This document shows positions 36,401 through 48,400 of a DNA stretch of 64,000 nt, in pieces. The stretch covers positions 30,752,001 through 30,816,000 of the forward strand of contig OZ241834.1 in the NCBI GenBank assembly GCA_965202585.1, written 5' to 3'. A program made the translations under genes and the position numbers. Each line of letters opens with the position of its first letter. Positions within the stretch are counted from its first letter, which is position 1. The DNA comes from Thalia democratica (lineage: Eukaryota). Below the pieces are notes generated by a model. It was not told the origin of the DNA, did not search any database, and saw only the letters and a program-made list of their open reading frames with translations.

Positions 36401-39400
36401 CTATCATGCCGTAATCTGGTACCATCATCGCCACAGCTCGGAACAGTGTCTATTACGTAGTTAACAATTTTGCAAGGCATGTACAAAAAAAATTATAGTA
36501 TTAGTAAAACTAAAACTAATAAACAATAATATTTTACCCTTAACTGAAGTATTACAGAGTAGAGTGGACAAGAACTCAAACTGGCATTTGTATTAGGTAA
36601 TAATTTTTAGTGTTCAGTGTTTATGAAAAGAAAAATAAATATGGTTTATAATGCTTTAGATTTTTCAAGTTTTAAAGTAAAGTTAGACGGAATATTTTTT
36701 TACTATCTAAAACTTAAAAACTCAAATTTGCTTATCGAATCTTGAAATCAAAATGAATAAAACTAAAATGTAGAGTTAGTTCATCACACACATACTTAAA
36801 ATTGAATATAAGTTTTGAAATTTACAATACAAAATAAACTTTTAAATTCAATAAAGTTACTACTTTAATTTCTTACATAGTTTTTTAAAATACTTAGTAT
36901 AAGTCTCACACATACAGTACGGCAAAAATTACTTCTGTTCAAGATTACAACAAAAAACAGTCATCTATATAGTTTTTAACCTTGAGATTGTCAGGGAGCT
37001 CGGTCCTTCCCGCGTAACCCGGGTTCATGGTGATGAAGGTGGCGCAGGTCCACTGGAGGCTGATGTAAGACCCCTCGAAGGTGAAGTGGGTCAACCGGGC
37101 GGCCACCGCGTTCTGAATGGACAGTATCTGCTGCGCCACCACCGACAACACTTCTATCTGTTCGGTCGAGTAATTTTTTGTTACAACACTATAGCAGGCA
37201 CTTTGTAGACAGGCAGTAGTGTATATACAGAGTATAAGCTTTTGTCATTAAAAGTTTAGATAAAGCTAATCATTTCTAAAACCAAGCTGAGCTTAGAGGA
37301 AACATTTAAAAGTAATCGAACTAGTAGTGGTTAATAGTACTTAAGTAAACATAAACTAAACCAGTGGTCGGCACGGTGTACACTGGTGCACACTAGTGTA
37401 CACGAAACTTTTTTTGGGGTGCACGAAACTTTTAGGGTACACAAAAGTCATTTAGGGGTGCACGAAATTTTGTGATTACACAAAACTTTACTTTTTGTCT
37501 TATTATTATTATATTTATTTAGTTTAAGCAACATACTTAAATATTTAAGTTAAATCCAGCCCTGGTGTTTAGTTTAGCTTTTAGTTTATTGGCCATTTTA
37601 CTCTCATGATCTATTTTGGTATTAAAAATCACATATCAGTCTTTATATCAACATTGAGGCTGCAGTTTGCATCTGAAAGAATAGAGAGAATGCTCGAAGA
37701 TCTTTTAACTTCAGTTGACTGATGTGGAGGAAGCTTTCATCAAGCTACGACCATGATTATATTTAAAAGGTTAGTATTTATTTACTTATAGTATTAGTAG
37801 ATTACAATATTTTTCTTAGTGAAGAAGTTCCTTTTATAAATTATTAATATTACCTACTTTTAAAACTAAACAATAATTTCTATTAGAATATTCACATGAT
37901 AATTATATTATTAGTTCAATAATGATGAAAATTTAGAGATAATTTTTATACTTACAGGAAAATAAAAGAATTTATGTTCAATAAAAAAATAGTTAAATTA
38001 AGATAAAAATAGTTAAAGTATATTAATAATTCTCTCTAAATAGATGCATAACAGTAGTAAAGAACAAGTTTTAAGTAACAGCTTTAAGTTTTGAATAACA
38101 CAAGTTAAGTAAATATTATACCTTTAAATTTATTTTTATATTTAATTAATTAACCTATCTATAATTGAATAGTGCATATAAAATTTAAAGAAACTATAGG
38201 CTTAAATTGACATTGAGTTACTACACACTGAGGATAGTTTGAATTTTATAAATGTTTTTGAAAATCTCAGGATGGCTAAAACTTTTCTTTTTTTTTTGTA
38301 AATCTCAGGCTAGCTAGGTATGCTTTTTATTAAACTACTTGTTACTTAAATTTATTGACTTTGAAAGTTGAAAAATTTATTCTCTTAATTATTTTATTTA
38401 CTAGCTATTTTGATCTGTTGGTTTAACAAAATATGTTGTATCTGTTGTATGATTGAAGGTTGCTCAGCCTAAGTAATTTTTATATTAGAAATAAAGTCTT
38501 ATTAGGCATGTTTTTTTCTTGCAAAAGGTAGTCTAGTTTTGGTACTTGTGTAGAATTTTTGAATACATTTATGATTTTTTTTTTGAAGTATGAAAAATAT
38601 ATTTAGTCATTTATCAAAATATTACTTATACTGCTACTTTTGAGCTTTGGCTTTCTCTTTTCTTTATTAAACTCAAGATGACCAAGGCTAGTTTTATTGT
38701 AACTAATACAGAGTCCTACACTTAGTGCAACTCAGGACGGTATAAATATTTTACAATTCCCAGAATAATTTGCTTTTTGAATCTTGTTCTAATATTGTTT
38801 ATTTCATTAAATGAAATTTCTTTGTTGTAGTTTTAACATTTTTTTAAAATTCCAATTTTGATGATTAACTTGAGTTGTTTTTTAAACTTTATTTATATTG
38901 AATATTTATATATGATGTTTTTAAAAAATTTCAAAGTTAAAGAGTCAGGATAGTTTTTTAACTCGAAGAGTAACAACAGTGCTAATGCTTGTTCTTAAAT
39001 TTATGAAATATATTAAGCAGTAACTTTAATATTTTTATTAGAAGAGTTATAGTATGTGTTTTTAAGATGTAAATCTTTCTTTATGCTTAACAAACATTAA
39101 AAAAAAGACTAAAAAATTTTGTTTAGTATTTTTATAATTTATAATTTTATAATAAGAACTAAAAATTTATTATTTGTGAAATGTTAAGCTAGTTTTTTCT
39201 GTTTTAGTTGTGCTTATTTGGATATAGTTTTATTTTTTGAAAATTTCAAAATATTGTACAGTTCCTCAGTTGTTTTACTTTATTTAAATATTTTGAAAGA
39301 AAACACACTGTTAATTGATATCTTTTTCAGTATTTTTATTATGTGAATGCAAAACTATAGACAGTTTAAAAGTTTTATGATACTTTATCAAAACTCAAAC

Positions 39401-42400
39401 TAGTAAGGATTTAAAAAAATACCCATTTTAGGTTAGAATGTTTTTCCTGAGCTTGAGTCTGGTTTTGATTTTTGATTAACAACCCTTTTTGCTTTAAATT
39501 TATAGTTTAGAATTGTATATTTGTTATAAATTTGATATTTCAGGTAATCAACAAGTTTGCCACTTAATCAGAATAATCCTGGATACTTTAAAATTTTGAA
39601 AATCTCAGTATGACATAATATAACTTGGAACATTTTAAATTTCTTTTTTAAACCCAGGCTGACTCAAGGTAGTTATTTTTATCTCAGTATAGTTTTAAGA
39701 TTTCAGGCATTTTTTTTCTACATTTTGAATGAGACACAGTTAATTTAGTCCCAATAATTAATTTTGTAATTTTAGTATTTTTTGCTGAAGATATTTGTTT
39801 TTCTTGCCTTTGAAAATAAAATAAAAAAAATGAAAAAAACCTAGATGACTACAGTTCAGTTTAAAAGTCATTCAGGACAGTCTTGATCTGTCAAATCAGT
39901 TTTAACCAAAAGGATTATAATCCTGTAAAACTAATTTAACAGTATGTACATTAAATGTTTGACATAATAAAAAATGTTTTTTGTTTCAAAGATAAGCAAC
40001 CCTGGTCTTAAAATATTTAAATTCTTATTTTTTTGCAAATTATTGATTGTCCTTTTAACTTTTTTTTTGCATATTACATCTTTTACTTACTAAAAATCTG
40101 ATTTTAAATATAACTTCTTTTATTAAACTAAGCTAAAATAAAAATTAACACAATAATAATTTTAAATATTTACAGTAAGATATCAAATTTACTGTATATT
40201 ACTTATTTTAAACCAAATATTTTACTTATGGTGGTTTTTTATATTTTTTATAGAAATAAAATGTTTTATAAGTTTAATCAGGACAATTTTTTTAAAGCTA
40301 TAAAGTATTTTTTTAATATTGATTAAACTAGATTAGAAATCAGTAATGACATTAGTTTTTTGATAAACTTTTTACACACTCAAACTTCTTTGGATAACTA
40401 TTATGTTATTTTAAAGGTCGGAAAACTTTGGCAAAGTAACTTTTAAAAAGATACTTATGCTGAGACATTATACCTCAATTGAAGAACTTACTTGACAAAA
40501 GGAACCACAACCCAGTAGCAGTTCTAATAAACAGCTCATTATGGTTAGATAGTTTAAGAATAATAGGTCTCTCGGTATTTTAGTCTCTTAATTACACTAA
40601 AAAAAATAAAAGTCAATGTCTCTTCTACTAATGTTGTTACATTTTTAAATTTTACAAAAATGATTTATTCATTTTTATAAGTGCTTAATAACTTTTGAGA
40701 AAAATCTAATTATTGTTATGTTAACTTTTATTAATTTTCATTAATTTAATTGTTTTTTTTAAATCATTATCATTTTAATTAGTTTAAAAAATTACTTGTT
40801 TTTATTAGTAACAGCTTTTTTTTGCTTTTTTTTTTTTTTTGAACGTTGTAGTTTTATTTTCTTTATGTTATAGCTCATTTTTATTCTTACTTATTTTAGT
40901 AAGTTAAATAGTAGAATCCAAATTCTTAAACATACTTTTCAAAACTTAAATATATATAAGTCTTGTTTTTTTAAGACATGTAAAAGATTAAATTATTGAT
41001 AAGTTTTAAATTTAAAAACCTTTCAGGTTAAAACTTTACCTTTTAACGTAAAGTTCAATATAGATTTTATGTGTGTATGATGTTAGATACTGTTATATAA
41101 TTTTTTGTTTGTTGATATTTTAGTTTATAAAAAATAGTTAATGTATTAAATTTTAATAGTCTCATTTTAAAAAGTTTTTTGTTTTAGAGTTTGAATTTTA
41201 ACTGTTAAGTTTTTTTAAATAATTTTTAGCTCATTATAAATTTGATTAAAGTTGGGTATGCAACTCGATGACCGAGAGGTCTTTTTGTGTATCCAAGTCC
41301 TTCAACCAAAAATAACTTTTGGGCATATAAACCTCATTAAGACCTGAATTATTACTAGGCATTAACTTTAAAACCTAAATTTTAGGTTTATTCAGACTCG
41401 TGCTAGCAACAAGACCAACAAAGACAGTTCCAGGTCAACAAAACGGATTTAGCTGTGATATGATTTTTTATGTTTTTTTTCGTTACTTTTTCGTTACTTT
41501 TTGGTGTAATTTTTGTTTTCGCTATTTTTTCGTGGCAATGCATTTGTTAAACACATATAGTAATCGCTTAATAAAAAATCATTAAGTAAAGTTAACTAAA
41601 TAATTAAAATTACCATGCAATAAAAAGTACCAAGACTGCTGATTGTTAATTTGGATTGTGGTAATCTAGTTAGTATTTTAGACTTGGGGGATACAAGTAA
41701 AATATTGTTGTAAAAATTAGATCATTGATATAAGTTTATTAAAATGGATAGGGTAAAGTGGTCAATTTTAAGTTAGCGTGTAAAATTAACTGGGTGTTCT
41801 CGAATTATTAGTAAATAAATCGATTGAAAGTATTTACATATTCTTCAACACTAGCGGCGCTAAAGAGTGAAAATTGGGGTGCACCGAATTTTAATTTTGT
41901 GATTAAGGGTTCACGAATTCAAATTAGCGTGCCGACCACTGAACTAAACTACAGTTAAGATGTTTCTAAGAATACAACTATTGATTCAAAAGCCCATCAT
42001 TAACGCTTGGTTGTTCGAAACATTCAAGCATGATGGTTCATAACTTCAGCTGCAACTGAACAAAAGTCGTAACCTCTATTCTGTTGAACTCGTCGAAGCA
42101 GGCCCACGCGCCGCACGAAGCCAGTCCCTTGAAGAACTTTCCCATGGCCTTGTAGTCGAGGCCGTCGGAGCAGTTGAAGACGACGCACTGCTTCGCCAGC
42201 GCCTTCGCCAGATCCTTGGTCGTCTCGGTTTTTCCGGTACCCGCGGGTCCTTCGGGCGCTCCGCCCAGGTTCAACTTCAACGCTCCCATCAACGTTCTGA
42301 GGTTTTAATGTAAAATGATGTTTAAAAGTTTAACTGGTAGAGTAAAATAAGTTAAGACTAAAATTCACAATTACATTACCTGAAACTTTAGTGTGATATA

Positions 42401-45400
42401 AAAGAAAGATTAGTGAGATAGTTAAGTTTTGATAACTTCTTGTTAATATTATGGAAATTAATAAGTTCAACAAAGCATTTTGAGTAAAAAAATATAAACT
42501 TTTGTTATGATTACAATACTTTTATGAAAATTTATAAAAAAGAACACCTAATATAGCCATGAAACTTTAGCTATCCACAGACTATAACCAAAAGAGTTTA
42601 TTTAGTATAAGCTCAACTATAACGGCCGTATTTCAAAATACCACTTTCAATTTAAATAAAAGATATATACTGTGATAAATAAAATTGATAAATTTCAACC
42701 CACACAACATATATTCATATAACCATATCTAAATACCTAAGTGAAATGCCTTTTAAAAATTTAACTTTTTATTTTTTTGAAACTAACCGGTAACACCTAT
42801 CCGTCAGCGGGGTGATGACCAGTCTGGGGGAGTTCCCCAGGTACTCGTACCCGTACAAGTAGTCGGTGGTGATCATCTGCACGCGGATCTGCCCGCCCTG
42901 CCGGTAGTACCTCAGCTGGGAGATCCAGTTGAAGTCGAGGCAGTCGGAGATGCCCAGGTTCACCAGTTCCGCTATGACGTCTCGCGCTGTTCGTTTTGTT
43001 TGGTGAATTTTGTTTGGTGTTAAACAACTTACTTTGTCTTAAATTTTGTGATACATACAAAATAAACACGGTTTACAAATCTAGTTTTTAATTTATAATT
43101 AAAATCAAAAACGGTAAAAAATTTATTTAATTAATATAAATGAGGTTAACTAATTATATAAACTTCTTTAAACAAAATCAAAATTTGGATTTTTTGTGAT
43201 TAGTAAAACAAAAGTATTAATAACTAACCATGGACATCAAGCACAGTAAGGGCACCAAGTGTAACTCTGGCTCCCTTGTCCAATTTTCCTCTGACCAAAT
43301 CCACAATGTCGTTTATCTGGTCGTTCAGTTGACCGAGATAATCCTTAAAAATTAGAGACATTTTTGAAAAGAGATATATTTATAAGTATCACAAATTATT
43401 TTAAAATACTTTTTATAAACTGTAACATTCGTAATTAATAATTGTTTTCAAAAAAATAGAATTTGTATTGAACCAGTACATATCGCTGAAAAACTGTCTT
43501 AAAAATATATTTCTGCGTTTGTCTTCACAACTCAGTATTAACACATACATAACTATAGTTTGTCTTAAACTATACGTGCTAAAATAGTATAAAAAATTAC
43601 AACAAGATTAATTGAATAGTTTAAAACTTTAAAGAACAATATCCATATGACAACTGACAGCAAGCTTGTTTTTGGTGATGGCTTCTTCCACCTCGCAGGT
43701 CCAGTAGTACTGGGACACGACCAGAATGATCTGGCCCGCCCACTCGAGCACCCACTTTTTGCGGTGGTTCTCCGCGTAGGACAGCAGCGATTTCATCACT
43801 ATGCTCTTCAGGCTGTCCAACATCGCCGTTTCCACCTGAGACAACCACTTTTCTACCATTCCCTGAAAATTTATGATGACTACTTTGGCTTTTACGTTGA
43901 TTTTTACTTACGACGTGTTTAAACTATACAAGCTAGTGTTGGTTCATCCATAGTATCATTAGTTCAAATAGATTGTTATTATAACTGGAACATTTTTTAA
44001 TTACTAAATTGTTAGTAGATTTAATTATCAGTAAAAGTTAAAACAAACTCAACTTATACAAGTCCAAAGTAATTATAACTGTATAAATCCAGAAACTAAC
44101 TTTATAAAAAAACTCATAAAACTTATTTATAAAACCTTTTTTGTGTTACTACTTGGGTTATTTTAACTAAAAATTGTTTTTAACTAGTTATAATTGACCA
44201 GAACAAGCAAAGAAGAAAGTAAAAGAAAAGATCAAAATATTTCACACAAGTTTACATTTAATCTCACGAACATTGGCTTTCTGCGGGTACAGCTTGTACA
44301 TGAAGGGGACCGTCTCGTCTTCCGCGCTCGTCATCCCGGTGATCTCCATCATGTCGGTGAACTGCAGCCTGTTGATCCCTTCGAAGCACTTCTTCAGGTG
44401 AGGCTGCACCCTCAGCGGGTCCTTCGTTTCGGACAAGATCTCAAGCAACTCGTCGTTTGAAAGGAAGAAGAACCTGCGTTGTTTGTAAGCTGTATTGTAT
44501 TAAACTTGTTATTTCATAAAAGTGTTTTTTTAAAGGTTACATAAAAGTAATACAAAAGTTTATACAAAAGTATACAATTCTGCGAGGGTTGTAAAGGGTA
44601 GCAACATAATGCTTTTAGCAAGATAGTTTAGCGCAAAAATATCAATGTTTAAAAAAAAAGTTGTAAAATGGAACGTTTAAAAATAAAACTCATAAACTTT
44701 AACAGCTGCTAAGCAAACACCGCTGCCAATTAATTAAGAAGCTAGTTTAACTTATTTACATTTTGAGTAAAATTAGTTTGTGCTTATGAATATTTTTCAA
44801 ATAAACTATTCAACTTGCTTGTCTTAAATATATGTTTTGGTCGAGAAAAAGTGTTTGAGGGTACAAATAAAGTAAAACAGTTAAAAAATTATACCAGCTA
44901 AAAAATTTAAAATTTGTTGTAATAGCAAAACAAAAATTATAGAAATTAATAGAAACTAATGACAACAGTAACACCAACACACAAACCTGGGAAAGAAAAC
45001 TCTTTTCTTTTCCAAGTACGCGTTGAGACCTCTTTGAATTTCGTCGAGAAGTTCGTTGGCTTCTTGCAACCTTCCCAACATGTTGTTCTGTGCCGTTGCT
45101 TGCAGCACTTTCGTTTGTTTCGCCTAAATTTATATTTTTTAAATAAACTTGTGAGAACCGCATTTTCTATCAGAATCTTAATATTTTTCTAGGGACATTT
45201 GTCTTATTTTTTTTAATAATAATAAGTTTTAAATTTCAAATGTGAGAAATGTAATTTAAAATAGTTTGGTCACTAACAAATCAATCTATGTTTTGAGACA
45301 AATTGTTTTTATTTTGTATAGGACTATGATTTTAACAACTTTTTTTCTAATTAAAGACTTAACAAATTATAAACGTACTATAAACGACACATCTAATATA

Positions 45401-48400
45401 AACAAACAACTCACAGCTTGGGTCATGATGTCTTTCCAGTACCCGTCGACGATTCCGAACTTCCTTCCTTCTTCCGGCATCTGAGCGAGGATGTCGGCCG
45501 AACTGAATATGGGTTCCAGGTACATCCAGGTGGCCTGACACTTGAGCCACTGGTCGAATATGTCCTGCATCATCGTCAGCTTCGATTCCCACTCCTGTAC
45601 AAGCAAGATGTAAACAGTTTTTTATATCACATAAGCATTAAGTTTTGTTTAGAGCGGATATCAGTGTTTATTTTGAGCTATTCGTTGACTTTTTTTTTTA
45701 ATGTAAACTTGCTTCCTTTGTATTTTAATTTTTATTTTCAGACTTAAAAGTTATGTTAAATATAAATATGTATATATATTTTTTAATTATTATTATCACT
45801 AATAGTGCATAATAATTTACTATAAGTAAGTAATTTAAGTTTAAAGTATTTTTTTAGATCTTTACAAACAGCTCTTCTGTACCATATTACGAAAAATAAG
45901 TTTAGTAAAAATATGGTTAATAACACTTACTTTTTTTTATTAAAAAATTGTTTTTGTAAAGCTGTAATATCTTGTTTTTATTATACCGATTGATAATGAA
46001 AGTTTTATTCTATCTTTTTATTTTTTTAAGTAAGTAATAACATCAGTCTTTTGAAAATATATAGAAAGTTTTATACCTGTACAGAAATATCTAATGGTAT
46101 TTTACTTATATACAAAAAATAATTTAAAACTTTAAAATAGTTTTAAAAGGAATTTTAAAATATGTACTTTTTTAAAGAACAGTAGTTTTAGACTGGAAAA
46201 AATTAAATTTACTATTAATTACTAATTTTTTATATAATTTTTATTTGGCTATTACTTATACAAACTAATGAAAGTTAGATATTTAGTATTCCTATTTTCT
46301 TAAGCTTTTTTGACAATATTTAAGCACTTGTTTTCTACACTTTTTTACCTTTGCTTCGTTTTCAATGGGTCCGATATACGGAGAGTTTTTCATCGTCAGA
46401 CATTTTATCACGTGATCATCAAGCAGCTCCATGATTTCATCAACAGAAGACAGGATGTGGATATCCTGATTGGATTAACAATACGTAAATGTCTTTATAC
46501 GATTTTCTCTTTTTGCTTTTTCTGTTCTGAACCTGCTTATACTAAAGATCTGCTGCTGGTAACGACTTTTCTGCTTTTTTCTTTCTAATCTTTGTTTTGT
46601 TTTAGTCTTTTATTCTGTGTCTTTTCATCTAAGAATTAGCTTTTTATGAACTTTAAAATTCTGAGTATAAGAAAGAAACTCAATTATGTACGTCATTTCT
46701 AGGGTCTTTTTCTATCTAGCGATTACATAACTTTCCTGTTTTTTCATCTAAGTACTAACATGTTTTTCTTACCCAGAGTTCTAGAAACTAAGTCTTAGAT
46801 ACTAAATTTAATTACAACTAAGCTGAACTAACTGTTATCTCGTCAAGGTAAGGGCTTATGTAAGGTGATCCCTTCATAACTAAAACTTTCAACTTGTGAT
46901 CGTCTATCAGTATCTGAGTCTCATCTATTGACCCTAATATTTTGATACCCTGACAAAAAAATAATCTGTTTAGTCTTCTTTATTACTTTTATAAACTAGA
47001 TTATCTTTTAACATCAACTGCTTATGTAGTGATATGAGCTGACTATAAAACGTTATCAAACATTAATCTCAAAAAATAGCAATACAGGCTCATAGACTAT
47101 AAACTAGCTATTTGTTAAGTTATCAAACTTATACATTCCACTGACTGTTTCTAACTTTATAGTTGACTGAACTAAAACTGAACTAAGCTCAAAAACATTA
47201 GAAACATTTTAAGTAAATTTAGTTTGTTAAAATAAGTTTAATAATACAACTATAAGTTTTATAGTTCATGCAATAAACGCAAGCATTAAAGTTATTTAAT
47301 TTTAATGCACATAATTCAACTACAAAAACTACATGTTGTATACCCAAACAAGTATGAATAAACTAAAGTACACTAGACTATTGGTTTTTTGAAACAAATA
47401 CATTTAAATGTAAATATTCTTTAAATTACTCTATAGATAAAAATAACAACAAAATTCTTTGATTTTTCATATGAAAAATAGAAAACAATCTTTAAAAAAC
47501 ATGTAGGTAAAAACAAACTCCTTAAATAAATATAACAACATTTTTTATAGTCAAAAATAAGTTTAATATTAAAATAATGAGAAATAAAATATAAGACAAG
47601 TGAAGTTTCGTTTATATAAACAATCTACTTTTTATAAACTGAAAACACTAAATAATACTTTTAAAAACTTTTATTCAAAAAAAATTTTAACAACATTCAG
47701 CGAAAAAAACTTTATTGCACTCTTATACTCTTACTTAAGTATTTTTTCAACAGTGATTAGCGAAAGCTATATTCAAGCACTAAATTTTTCCTACACAGCT
47801 CAACATTAACTAGTTTTAAAACACAAAAAATAATTAACACACACTAGTTTTAACTTAGGTGAAAAAAAAGCTGAGACAACACAACACATGCATTTTTTAT
47901 ATGTTAAACACTAGTTTTTATTGTTAACCGAGAAAACATTGCTACGTAACTACGTATTTACGTAATAAACTCAAAACTAGTGTATATTTTTAAAGATTGC
48001 AAAGCATTATTAAATTAAAAAAATTATACAAGACAGTTTGGAGTGTAACACGAATTACAATCGAGTCAAAGCCATAACACTTTTAGAATATTTTCATAAA
48101 ACTTAGGTGAAAAAAATATTTCAAACTACGTTATGGTCAAACAGTGGCAACCCTGTTTTATTTTACTGATCAGTAAGAACGAATTAGACTTAGCTTTTAT
48201 TAACTAGTTTTTATTTGCTTTTTTATTTGTTTTTTGATTACTTAGCTGTTGGAATTATTAAGAAAAGCATTATTTTAAAAATAAAACAATATTCGGGAAA
48301 GTTTTAAAAGTATGGAGGGTATTTTTTCTTAGAAACTAAATAACTTTAACTCCTTTGATGAAGAAGCAAAAAATAATGAATGGTGTCAAGACCCATGAAG

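Noticed and set aside
37600-37760. Possible hAT transposase C-terminal relic within the Buster-like element
   Set aside because: Only vague similarity across frameshifts and stops; not supportable without an alignment.
46480-47100. Initially looked like a reverse-transcriptase (LINE) remnant
   Set aside because: Translation shows the coding-like part is the duplicated dynein exon 46833-46949; no RT motifs are present.
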